Positions 1 to 13,000 of a stretch of DNA of 64,000 nt are shown here, one piece after another. The translations under genes and the position numbers were made by a program. Numbering within the stretch: position 1 is the stretch's first letter; each line of letters begins with the position of its first letter. The notes beneath the pieces are model-generated. The model was not told where the DNA came from. It made no database searches and worked only from the letters and a program-made list of their open reading frames with translations. This DNA comes from Zootoca vivipara (lineage: Eukaryota): NCBI RefSeq assembly GCF_963506605.1, contig NC_083276.1:43276001-43340000 (forward strand), in the 5' to 3' direction.

Positions 1-133
1 GAGAAAATCAAGTATTTCAAAAGGAATACAGGGAATACAGGCACCATAATAATAGTTATATAACCAGTATAAAAAGATTCATGCACTGTGATTCAAAGCT
101 GCTTGTGTGTGCATTCCGATTTATGCACAGAAA

Positions 134-459
134 CATAGGTGCCAACTTCCAAATTGAAAAATCTGGGATCGGCAGCTGTGCGGAACCGGAAGTGACTTCC
201 GGCGCTGCAGCCATTTTGGAAATGGGCAGAGCAGTACCGGAAGTTGCTTCTACGCATGCTCTGCCCATTTGCAAAATGGCCGCAGCACCAGAAATCGCTT
301 CTGCGCATTTCCAGAGACTCCAGACATGTGCAGAAGGAGCCTCCCCGGGCCGGTAAGAATCCGGGGGATTTACGGGTTTTTTAAAAATCCGGGCTGCCAG
401 CGGGAAACGGTTGGAAAAACCGGGGTTTCCCAGGGAATACGGGAGACTTGGCTACTATG
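134..459. mobile_element. hAT-type non-autonomous element (CATAG...CTATG termini)
   Basis: 8-bp TSD CACAGAAA; CpG-rich internal repeats. Confidence 0.8.
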
Positions 460-554
460 CACAGAAATGCTCTCCACACAGCGGCTTCCATTCAGTTAAA
501 TAGGAACAGCTGACCACATGCAAACATGGCTCATTTGATATCTACCACCTAGAA

Positions 555-690
555 CAGGCATCCCCAAACTTCGGCCCTCCAGATGTTTTGGACTACAATT
601 CCCGTCATCCCTGACCACTGGTCCTGTTAGCTAGGGATCATGGGAGTTATAGGCCAAAACATCTGGAGGGCCGCAGTTTGGGGATGCCTG
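555..690. mobile_element. 136-bp palindromic hAT MITE (family A)
   Basis: TIR CAGGCATCCCCAAACT; 8-bp TSD ACCTAGAA. Confidence 0.9.
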
Positions 691-866
691 ACCTAGAACA
701 AAGAGCCAGTTCAGACTAATGAGCTACTAGCCTGCTTCTATAGTTTTGCAATTTGCAAAGAGAGACAGCCTTACATGTTGTTCATGTAGTCACTATACAT
801 TTACGTGTGTGTTAACTCTCTGAAGTCATGTCTGAAGAAGATCAGTAACCAGTTCAACTCGCCTAC

Positions 867-1063
867 CTCTCTGGGTTGTCACTTGTTGAGAGGCGGATTC
901 CTGTTTCCCTCAGCTTCTCCATTCTGGGCTTGAATCCTTCCAGGTCCAGCTTGGCAGCCTCCACTTTTCGGAGCAGTGCCTGAGTCGATTCTTCATTCCT
1001 CCCATAATCGGGGGTTTCCAGGAGCAGTCCTCTCTCTGCCACCCAGGATTCCACTTCCAAAAG
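867..1063 (-). CDS. SPTBN5: SPTBN5 exon e38
   Basis: [33 protein letters not shown]...DNPE; 197 nt, phase 0-2; gene continues off the left edge. Confidence 0.9.
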
Positions 1064-4000
1064 CTTAAAAGAAATGCAATGGTGATCAAACTTGAATGAG
1101 AAACAGGCCCTGGACTACAACCCGCCAAAACAAATCTGTATTTAACAGTGACATAAATCACTAATTAGACACTATGGGCTTGTACACACTTGTCCCGCTT
1201 GTCCCGTCACTTTCCCCCGGGAAAACTGCTCTTTACTGCTGAATCGCAGCAAACGTCAAAAGGTTTTTCCCTGGATAGATGTTTGGTCCAATTCAGTGGT
1301 AAAAGAATTTATATACTGCTCTCTCAAAAAATGTAAGCAACATAAGAACATTGAAAAGCAATATAAAGCAACCATGAAAACGAATGATTTGGATTAAATC
1401 TGCTGTTGGGAGATGGGAGGTTACATCCATTCTCATCCCAGACTACAGCCCCGATTTAAATTGTTTGTCTGAAACCTGTGGAGGAGGAAAAAGGACAGGT
1501 ATGGTACTGGGAAACATATCCCATCCAGCCAATGACTAATAGAAATATGAGGTTGATTTGTCAGGGAAATGGCAAATGGGGGCATTTCCTTACAAGAATT
1601 TCATATCGACTTACCCTGTTTCAAGCAACCAACCAACAATGAAACGAAATACAAATTATTAGAACAGGCAGAACAGTAAAATCTAGTAAGGTAATGGCTT
1701 CCATGTTTTAATTATGCTTCAAGCTCTAATAATTTATCAACCTATCAGAAAACCTTCAATCCTTTAAAAGGCATCAAATCCGAACATGAGATTCCAGTCC
1801 TATCTTACCTCAGTGAGGAAATGTTGAGCTTCATAAGACTGCATGAGCCTCTTTCTTCTCTCCTGAGCCTCACCCTTCAGATTGTCCAAGGAAACTTCCA
1901 GTTCTTTCACCTGTTCCATGATATCCCATGAGGCAGAGTGGCCTCCCTTCACCAGCTTCTGCCCAGTGCTGATCACCGCTTTAGTTAAGGCGTTGTGGCT
2001 GCTAATCTCATTTTCTAAATTCTGATAGGTACAACAAAATAAAGCATATTTTGAAAATGAATACGTTTTCTCTTTTATATAGGGTAAGGTCAAAACCATG
2101 CATCCACCAACACTCTTAAGAGATTCCAAAGGGCTCAAAGAATGAAGTAGAGGAATTTTGTCAAAGGCCCTCCCTCCATAAGAAGGAGCTGTTTGTTTCT
2201 TGTCTCTTTTATAGCGAAATAGAAGTGTTCATAACAAATGCACCTTTCTGAAGCACAGGGGGATGGGCAGGGGGGGGCAAACATGCTTGGCAGCAATACT
2301 TTAGCAAAAAGATACGGTTAAGGAACAGTGACGGATAGACTCTGTTTCCAATATTCCCTGCCCTTACTATAGAACCTTACCTGGTGCTTCTCTTGTAAGC
2401 TCTGAACAGTTGTAAGGGATTGGCCATAGTCTTTGGAGGATGCCAGGGAAAGTTTCTCATGAATCCAGGTCAACTCCTCACTGACATCCTGGACGAATTG
2501 GTACTGAAGTCTGCTGGCCTCCAAAACCCCCCGCCTCTCTTGCAGTGGCTCCCTAAGGCTTTTGTACCTGGAGAGTCAAAATGAAGCCTCAACTTCAGTA
2601 TTAAGGAAGGTTGTTGGTATCCGTCTGTCTCAAGAGACAATGGAGTGTGCCTCCAGGGGTGAAGTCAAGCCACTGTGTTAACAGCACTGAAGTGACCTCC
2701 CTGGGGCGCAAGCCTGGGCAGTGTGTATGGGGGTCCTGGGCTGCCCAGGTGACAAGACCCCCCCAAGCTTTGCTGATGTCGTCCAAAGGGAAGCTGAGCA
2801 ATACGTATGGCACCAACTTGGCTGCAGGAGTTGCCAGAAGGAGATGTACAAGGAAGATTACAGTCATACTTCGGTTTAAGTACGTCTCGGTTTGAGTATT
2901 TTCAGTTTAAGTACTCCACAGACCTGTCTGGAACGGATTAATCCACTTTCCATTACTTTCAATGGGAAAGTTTGCTTCATGTTAAGTACGCTTCAGGTTA
3001 AGTACGGACTTCCGGAACCAATTACACTCATACCTCGGGTTAAGTACGCTTCAGGTTGAGTACTCCGCAGACCCGCCTGGAACAGTTTAATCCACTTTCC
3101 ATTACTTTCAATGGGAAAGGTTTGCTTCATGTTAAGTACGCTTCAGGTTAAGTACAGACTTCCGGAACCAATTGTGTTTGTAAACCGAGGTACCACTGTA
3201 TAGGATAATAAACGTAAGTGCCAAGACGAGGAATGCAATAATAATAAAGAGTTGGAAAGCGGAGGGTGACAACAGAAAAAAAGTGACAATAGAAAGGAGA
3301 AAGAACATAGAGAGAAGGAAAGGAAAAATGAAAAACCATTCAAGCACCTGTGCACTGCATGGTCAACCCTCTCTTCTATCTCATCTGCCAGAAAATGCTT
3401 CTCTTGTTGAAATTCTTGCACTGCATTGATAAGGCCTTGCACCTGGTCTCTATAGCCGGCAAAGCTTTCTTCCAATTCATCCTGCTTCTTTAGGAGATCA
3501 TTCAGAACCAGTAAATTATTGCTGCCTTCTGGGGCTTTCATCTCGCTTTCTAGATCTCCCAACCATTTTTCCACACCATCCACAGTGCGTAGGAAACGTA
3601 AGGCCTGAATCCAGAGGAAAGAACCCAGATGTAAAATGACATTTAGAAGCCCCGGGGGGGGGGGGGAGAGAAACCAAATGAGGATTGGTCAGACCCCTTT
3701 TACGAGTGCAAGCATAGACGCCACACATTTGCTAAGTAATTCTTTCGTCTCTCCACCTTGCAAATAAAGAAAATCAAATCCGTCTTCTGTTGGCTCATCT
3801 TTCTGAACTTGGGAACACCTTTCTAACCAAATTCTTCAATATCAGCACCTTCAAGTGACCCTATCTTCCTTGTGAGTCATAATTATGTTCACATTATTTA
3901 TACTGCTGGTGGAAAATCCTTCCTCCGGCTAACCTTGACTTTTAAATTGGCAACCTGTCCACCAAACAAAGGTGAGGAATGTGCAGTCCTCCAGGTGGCA

Positions 4001-7000
4001 CTGATCTGCACCTCCCATCAACCTTGTGAGCATGGCCAAGGGTCAGAGATGTCGGGGGTTGTAGTCCAGGTTTATCTGGAAGTCGACTTCCAGCTGCACT
4101 ACTCTTTCTCTATTGTCACCCCGCCCCCAGGTGTTTTGCTTCACCTTGTAGGCATCTTGCATCTTCCTTCTCTTTTCATGGCAGTTTTGCAGCAACTCAT
4201 TCCAAAGCTCATCTATTTCCTGCAGCCTGGACTGGATGGCATCAGAGGCACCATGACCCTCCTGGATCATTTTCTCTCCTTCCTGCAAATAAAGAAAATC
4301 AAAATCTTTTCTCTTGTTAGCTCACCTTTCTGAATTGGGCAACATCTTTCTGAACTACATCCTTAAGTATCAACAGTTTCAAGCAATCTCATCTTCCTTG
4401 GGACTCATAATTAAGCTCAAGTAATTTTATTTCTGATGGCCAAGCATTCTTTTGGTCAGTGAACCAGACTTCTCTGGCAGCCCCTCTTCAGACTTACAGC
4501 TTTGATTCTATCTAGGTGGCTTCTGTTGGCCACAATCTCCGCCTGGAAAGTCTGCTGCTTTTGCAGTTTGGCCTGAAGGTTGCTTGGGTCTCTCCAGCTC
4601 TCATCCAGAGCAATGCTGTTTTTTTCATTCATCCAGGCAGCCACCTTTGGGGAGAAACAACAAGGAAGTGAAAAAGGCAAACAAGGCTGGCAGTGTCTTC
4701 TGTTCCTCCGTCAGGCTTCCCACTTTGAGCACTTCCAGGCTGACAATATTTACTGGGTGGGGCTCAATCACAGACCAGCAAATTCAGTTGCACAGCAGAA
4801 GCTGATTTGGAGCTCTTTCATAACAAGTGAGCTCCCCCCAAACAGCAGATTTTTTGTGATAATGAAAGTGATGGGAGAATGCAGTAGAGTGGAAGATGTG
4901 GGATGACACTTGCTTTGGACGCAACGTCATCTGGCTTCCTTGCAATCCAATCAGAGTGACTGCTCAATAACAAGTTGCCCTTAGGCAAAGGAGACTCACA
5001 AAGAAAATGTTGTAGGTCACACTCCAGCATTAATACCCAGGATGACTTACAGTTAAGAGATCCCGCAGAGTTCTTTCAGAACTATTCCTCTATTTGCTTT
5101 CCTCCAGGTATTTTAACTAATTAATGTGCAGAAATGGTTGATGGCAGGCTCCAGCCTTCTCCGTCTCCATATATACACTGAATGCCTGGAAGGAGCTCCC
5201 ACATGTAGAATTGTCAGAGAAAGGGCTCTGTCCACACAAGCAGGTTCCCAATCAGTAACAAGGCCCCTACTCTCATGGACAGATCTCCATTCAGGCATTC
5301 ATTCTGGCAGTGGCTTTCTGGAGTTTCAGACAGTGGTCTCTCCAGGAACAAACCCTCTGGAGATGCAAAGGATTGATCCTGAGTTCATTTGTATGCAATG
5401 CATTTGTATGTTTCCATAAGGGGTGAATTATCTCACTTGTTATCTACACTTCACAGAAAGGCTTTAAATTCAGCTGATGTTTGCAGAACCCATGAGGTGC
5501 CCTCCAAGGTATTCATGATTCGCTCCATTTTCTGTCTCCAGCATCCACACACATTACTTCATATCAGACAATGCTAACTGGATCTCACATCATGGCTTAA
5601 GTTAATCTCAGCAAATAAAATAGATTATACCTCAAAGGAATCCCGTAGAAATTTTTGTAGTAGCCACGACTGCTCCAGCAGACGTCTACGAGCTAAAACA
5701 ACTTCCAGAAGCCTCTCCTTTCTAAGAAGAAGAAGAAGAAGAAGAAACGTTGCTGGTGATAACTGAACTTTCTCACAATCTACTTCCAAATGAGTTCAAA
5801 ATACAGTGGTACCTCGGTTTAAGTACACAATTGGTTCTGGAAGTCTGTACTTAAGCGTACTTAACCTGAAGCAAACTTTCCCATTGAAAGTAATGGAAAG
5901 TGGATTAATCCGTTCCAGACAGGTCCGCAGAGTACTTAAACTGAAAGTACTCAAACCGAAGTGTACTTAAACCGAGGTATGACTGTATATGCTTAACTTT
6001 TGGGACAGATATTCTCACTAGAATCCAAGAACCACAGAACTGAGCAGGGCTGGCAAGAAGGCAGGAAGGTCACTAACAGAGTAGCATCCAAAAAATAGCA
6101 TATCTGAAGCACATATTCCCAGACATTCCTAGCGCTATGAACATCTGTAAATATTATGTACATTTCCCAAAGTGGGGCACTGGTAGCTGAGTAAGTGCAC
6201 TTTTATTTGAAAGAGCTTCTGATAAACTGGAATACCATAGGATGAGTGGTAAGTAATCAAGAAATGTTTTAAAAGATGGGTCTCTGTTTGAGGCATACAG
6301 CCTTTTTCAGACAGACAGCTATATTCCCCCATGGGGAACCTTCCAGGGGACACGTGCAAATATCAGGGGGCATTAGAGGCAAACATGAGCAGAGCAGCAG
6401 ATGTAACACACTTTCCACTCAAAAGTCAGAACACACCCCGACACACACATCTTCCCATCAACCATCCTTGTAGGCAAGAAGCATCAGCACAATTCAAGGC
6501 CACACTCCCACTGTGCAGAAGCACTCAAAAGGGGCTGGTGAGGGCAGTCTGGGGCCAGAGAGAGAAGGCTGAAGGGCCACAGTGGCTCCTCTGAGCCTGA
6601 GATTCTCTACTCTTGCTAGGAGAGATTTTGCAGATACCACAGGAGGAAAAGGTTAGGTGCTACCTCCTGAGAACTGCTTGGCACTTGTTCATGATGTTCT
6701 CGGAGTCATAATGCTGGCTGTCCCTCAGTTGCTGGGCACGTGAGGCCATCATGTCAATCTTCTCCAGCTGGGTTTCCAGGGCCTTTTCAAACTGCATGTG
6801 TTTTTGATGCAGGCTCTCCACGCTGGATACCGAATCCTGAAGAGGATGGCAAAAATCGGCAACATAGGAAACGACCTTGTATCAGTCCAGCCATTGGCCA
6901 TGTTTGCTGAAGTTGACAGGAGTTGTAGTTCAGCAGCTTCTGGAGGAGCAAGGGTTCACTTCACCTCATCTAGTCAGTGTCAGTAGATTTAATTGGATAT

Positions 7001-10000
7001 ACCCGGGGTGGAACTTGGCACCTTCTGCATACAAAGCAATTGTTCTTCCACTGAACTTAGAGTCCACTGTCTAAGCTGGGGGATGCTTTTATTTCAGGAT
7101 TCAAATGTCCATTGATCTAAAGTTTCCAGCGGGTCAGGAGAGTTTTGCTTGTTGAATACAAGACCACAGAATATGGGGGTATCATCAAAAGCTCTGGTTG
7201 ACTATGTGGCTTTGTAATTCATCAGTGTTTTCAGAGGCTGCCCTAATACATGTGCATTAGAAAGAATAGGCAGACTGGAGGATGGTGTTAGAGAGGAGAG
7301 AATGATGGAATAGGAAACTACTAAATAAAGCCAATGGTACCAGGAGACAATAGGTGAGGAATCCCGTGTGCCTTTTGGCAAAGAAAGCTAAAAGTAAGTT
7401 TTCCTAAGGGTGATTTTTTTTAAAAGGAGGTTTTTTTACACTTTCTACTCTGTGCCAACGTCTTCTCCCTCTAGTTGAAAATAGAAAACATGTAGCTCAT
7501 TTTTCTTACCCCCAAGTCTTTGTTTGCTAAGAAGGCCTCTTTGCTGCTAAGCCAGCTTTCATTCTGCTCCACATAACCTAAGAATGTCTGTCCAGGGGAG
7601 AGAGAAGGATGGTGAGTGCAAAATACAATGGGGCTTACTTGCAAGAAAATATGCTTAGGATAGGTACCGGTGGAAGATCCAACATTACTTATAAGCATCC
7701 AAGTCATTGCCAATATTAAAAAGCAGCACAGCAGACAGTTCCAGGATTCAGAGTCATTACTATATCCAGTGGTGACTGGATTTCCACCCCACCCCTTGCA
7801 CCAGGAATTAGGAAGTGGTCTTATGCCAGAGGGTGAGGGACCCAGGTGGCGCTGTGGTTAAACCACTGAGCCTAGGGCTTGCTGATCAGAAGGTCGGCGG
7901 TTCGAATCCCTGTGACGGGGTGAGCTCGTTGCTTGGTCCCAGCTCCTGCCAACCTAGCAGTTCGAAAGCACGTCAAAATGCAAGTAGATAAATAGGAACC
8001 GCTCCAGCTGGAAGGTTAACGGCGTTTCCGTGTGCTGCTCTGGTTTTCCAGAAGCGGCTTTGTCATGCTGGCCACATGACCTGGAAGCTATACGCCGGCT
8101 CCCTCGGCCAATAATGCGAGATGAGCGCGCAACCCCAGAGTCGGTCACGACTGGACCTAATGGTCAGGGGTCCATTTACCTTTACCTTATGCCAGAGGAT
8201 ATACCTGCTGAAACCAGTAATGTCTACTCTGACTGGCAGCTGCTCTCCAGGGTCTTAGGAAGAGGTCTTTCACATCTCCTGATATCTTATCATTTAGCTG
8301 GAGATGCCAGGGACTTTCTACATGCAATTCGAGTGCTCTGTCAATTATCTAAGTAAACCACTAATGAATGAAAGAGTGCTCTTCAATGGATGCTTTGTGC
8401 CATGGTCTTCTCAGTGAGAAACAGAAGCCATTTCCTACATATCTATGAATAGAGAAAATAGCTTCCATGTGAAAAGGCATAAACACGACTATTAGACCAA
8501 GATGAGTTCCAGTTATGCTCATTGATAAATCAAGCCATATCAACATATAAATATAAATATAAATCAAGCCTGGAAAAATATCTTTGTTTTATGCATTTTA
8601 GGGAAACACATAGACACACACTGCCCAAAATTGAAACAGGAGGATATATCTAAGCTAACTGATGGTTTCAGTTTGATCTGAAGATAAGTTTAGTGTAGGG
8701 ATGTAGGAGAATTGCACTCATTCACATTTTAATGCAAACCGACTTAATTTGCTTGCACTTTGGATAATAAATGAATCAAAACACAATTTTGCACTTTTCT
8801 GGATTTTGCAACACCATTCTCCAACAACAACAACAATGTGTGCACATTACATCAGAAGAAAGTGTACACAAAAATATGTGCATTGGTGAAAATTGTATGC
8901 AAAAATGAATTATATTTGAGAGGAAAGGCATTCAAAAAGGTGTATATTAAGAAAAGCGTAAAGAAAACTGTATATGAATTTTCACGTGGACATTAAAACA
9001 ACAACCATGCAGAAATGGGGAAAACTAAGATTAGAAAAAGAAGAAACTAACTGACATTCATTCATTTTTAATTTACTGAACCAAGACAAAAGCAGCAACA
9101 TATTGCAGTTCTTTAAGTGCATTCTTTCCTTCTTCCCCTTTGAGTCCATAATTCTAAGCCTACCACTTTCTCCATCTATCAACCAGGAACAGCTACTGAC
9201 AGATGTTTCCTCACAGCACTTGCTCTGGTCTTGGTTGGCTGTCTCAGACCATTTCCCCACCAACCTGCAAATCCATGGCTTGAAGCAGTTTCAGATTCTG
9301 TTCTTGCCAGATCTGGACCATTTCAGTCAAGGCCTGTTGAAGTCCAGTGAGAGAATGGTGGATCTCAGGGGTTGCATAATGACCGGAGTTGGCAAGTGTT
9401 TGACCGTAGCTGCTGAGCGCCCCGAACCTTTCCCCTCGTGCTTCAATTTCTTCCTAAAAAGATGTTGGGTAGATTGATGTCAAATGTTCATGCAGAAATA
9501 CAGCTACCCCAAAGTACAGGTCATTAGGGGACAAAAATAGGTTCCGTAGAGTACCTTCCAATACTAATATTTATATGGAAAGTGATTAGTCTTTGAGTTG
9601 TCACTGAAACTGCACAGGAAACTCTGAGAGCTAATAAATATAGAGAACAAATGATTCATTCTCTAGCCTGAGCATATAGTTGGTCCCTCTCCAAGTCAAT
9701 ATATTTTTGTTGTCATTGAAAAGTTTGCAATAAATGACAGAAGTTTTAATACTGTTGCTGGCATTCATCTGTCTCAAGAGGGTGAAGTCAAACTGCTATG
9801 TTATAAGTACCTAAGTAATCTCCCCTCCCCACAGAATGGTTCCTTGTGCTTGCTTCTGAGTAAGAAAAAAGCACAATATGTAGATGCAGGCTATGTGCTA
9901 AATCAGGCATCCCCAAACTGCGGCCCTCCAGATGTTTTGGCCTACAACACCCATGATCCCTAGCTAACAGGACCAGTGGTCAGGGATGATGGGAACTGGA

Positions 10001-13000
10001 GCCCAAAACATCTGTGCTAAATATGTAGCTTGATTCTGAATGAGGCAATGGAATCCATGAACAGGATGCCTATAGCCAGCTGATGTGATTCACACTTGCC
10101 TTTCTTTCCTGATGTTCTTCGATCATACTTTCTGCTTCAGCTAGACTTCTAGGAAGACCACCAGCCTCCATTCGACCTTTGACCTCTTGAATCCAGTCCA
10201 GGAGTTCCTTCATTTCAGAATTAAACTTCTGCAGCTGGTAAGAGGCCGCCAACTTCTCACCCCTGTCACACAAAGAACAATCTAGTAGCCGTTCTGACTG
10301 GACCTACCTGCAGCATTTCCCGGCAGTACTTTTCTTGCATGGAAACAATTCCTAAGCATATCTTTGCTGGAATAGAGCCAGGTTCAGTGAAAATAGAAAG
10401 CTTGCAAACTGAACTCAAGACAGCAAAGAAAACATATATTGTGCCATGTGTGGAGAGCCTTGCAAGTCCGTTACCTATAAAATTACACTTTCTCCCTTTC
10501 TCCTTTAGCGACATTCACACACACACACAGACACGGAAATATGACAGCACATTACACATACCTAGATGCAACTCAACTCATGTACCATCCAAGTTCTGCC
10601 CCTAACATCTTTTGTGGTGTAGACATATTATGGTACTCATGGTAGCAGGGCTAGAGTGGTACCCAATTTTTTCCTGAATCTGGAACCTGGATACCACCCC
10701 AAGTGGAGGCTATATGCCAGCAGTGGGACGGTCCAGAGGCAAATGTGAGCAGAATTCTACCTTGGTACAGTAGGCAAGTTTCTACATTGGGTTATTGCTT
10801 TTATTTTTATTTTATATATTGTGTTCTTTTCTGTGAACAGTCCTGAGACCGTCGGGTATAATGTGGTTAAATAAATAAACAAATAAACAAACAAACAAAC
10901 ACCAGACAAAGAAGAAACATTATGAAAAGTCCAAGGTCACATTCTAGACAGGGGGGGAAAACATTCAAGAGTGCAACTCAGAACTGGTAAGAAGTATGGC
11001 CTAGGGAGAGCCCCAAGGGCCAGACCGAGAGCTCTAGAGGACCACATTTGGCCCCTGAGCTGGAGGTTCCCCATTCTTGGGGTAACAATGTCTACAGGAT
11101 GGAGGTGGCCATGTTCTAAGTATTTTTACCTTTGCTTGGTCTGGCCCTGAAGTCGTAGCCAGTTGTTTTTCATTTCCTTTTGCTTCATAGTCAGCTTGTC
11201 GGTTATGGAGGATGGATTCCTCTTGCAAAGTGGAAAGGATTCTAGCTCCAGAGCCTGAAAAAAGCATAAGCACACAGTGTAATGGCCCCTTCTAAAAAAC
11301 AAACAAACACCTCTTTTGATTTTGGACATTTATGCCCTACTTTTCTGTTCACAAAATATAATACACAAAGAAAGACAAGAAAAATAATCTTAGTAATGAA
11401 ACCATCCATGGAAGATCACAAAGTAAACTACTGGGAACATAATATGGCAAAACTAGCCCCCCAAGACCCTCTTTACAACACCATGTTCCACTGTAAACTG
11501 ATGCGACATGATTACTGCATTAGCTTAAAATAGTATGCAGGACAAATGTCAATGGATGTGTCAATATAATATTTACCATTTGCATTTCAGGATATTAACT
11601 ATTTATTTATTTTTTTACCTCTATCTTGGATTGAATGACACCCGTTTCCCTCTCCATTTCTTCATGTTTTCGAATTAGGTTTTCTACACTTTCCATATCT
11701 TTCCCATAGTCCAGTGTTTGTATCAGTGCACTCTTAAGGAAATAAGACATTTGTGGGGTGGGGGTAGAGGGGAAGGAGAGAAAAAGATCACAGCTCAGTT
11801 CTTTTAAGCACCTTCAACTTCTTTCCTTCTTTCATTTCTAGACCATTTTCATTCAGAATCTCAAACTGGTTTAAAGAAAAAGCAGTAAAACAAAAAGTAT
11901 TATAAGACGTCATGGAATATGCACTTCATAGCATGGGCGTCCGTAAAAAGCTAGCATCAATGGTTTGCAAACGCCAGTGTAAAAAGGCCGGTTATTCATA
12001 AACAATGGAAACAAACCATCATTGGTGCCTGCCACATTGCAGGAAGAAGTTGACACTTTTTTCATGCCTTGAGTTCTCTTGGGGAAAAGGGAAGGGTACA
12101 AATAAACATATAATAACAGCAATAATTTTGGATCATTTTGCAGTATATACACGGTAAAGTTTACGGAACAAGTTCAATTTAAACTGAACCTACTTATGAC
12201 AAGATCTCTCTAGAGAATAGGCTATTTTGCTACTTCGTGGGCAACCCTAATCACAAAGAAGAGAAATACTGCAATAGCTGAAACGGCTTGATGGCATCTC
12301 AGCTTTCATTTTTGCACGTATTCCTATAAGAAAATGCCACCCCTGCATTTCTCAGTTTATTTGAGTCACTGGAATTTCAATCACTTTAGGGAACTCACCA
12401 AGGGGATATTAGGAATGGAAACTTGATAACAAAACAAATCACCTTTTCACTTATTCTTTCGGTGATATCATCCATTTCTCTGATCAAGCTATGGACCTCC
12501 AGAGCTCCTTCCAACTTCCTTCTATATGATTTGAGATCACCATGGAAAGTGTTCCACCTATTATTGAAACAATTCATTTTATTGGAGCAGATCATATTGT
12601 TCAAAGATGGGAGTCAGAAGCTACTTTCAAAACCTGCACTTTGGTTCATGAGACCTCTCAACCACTGCCCCGCTTTGCTTACATAGACATTTAAACAAAT
12701 GGAAATGAAGGTACATACCAGTATGTAAAAAGTGGTTAAGAGAAAAGTTGAAGAATACAGATTACACGTGGAGCTATTAATTAAATGGAGGTTGTCATTA
12801 TAATAATTTTTCTTGGTATGGGTGGCCTGGTGGCACAAGCTTAGTTTTTTCTAAGACAGAAGTTTCTAATATTAGCCATAGGAAAATGCAGAATAAAGCT
12901 ATAACTTTGCAGAATAAAGCTATTAAAATGTAAAGTTATAGCCGATTAGCCTAGTTATAGCCTATTAGAACTTCTCTATGGGAATTTTTTTTTGGTCTCT

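Noticed and set aside
7837-7920. tRNA gene
   Set aside because: A/B-box-like sequence is the head of a Sauria SINE, not a complete cloverleaf.
10094-10095. Canonical GT donor for e28
   Set aside because: Adds 4 nt and frameshifts relative to phase-0 e29.
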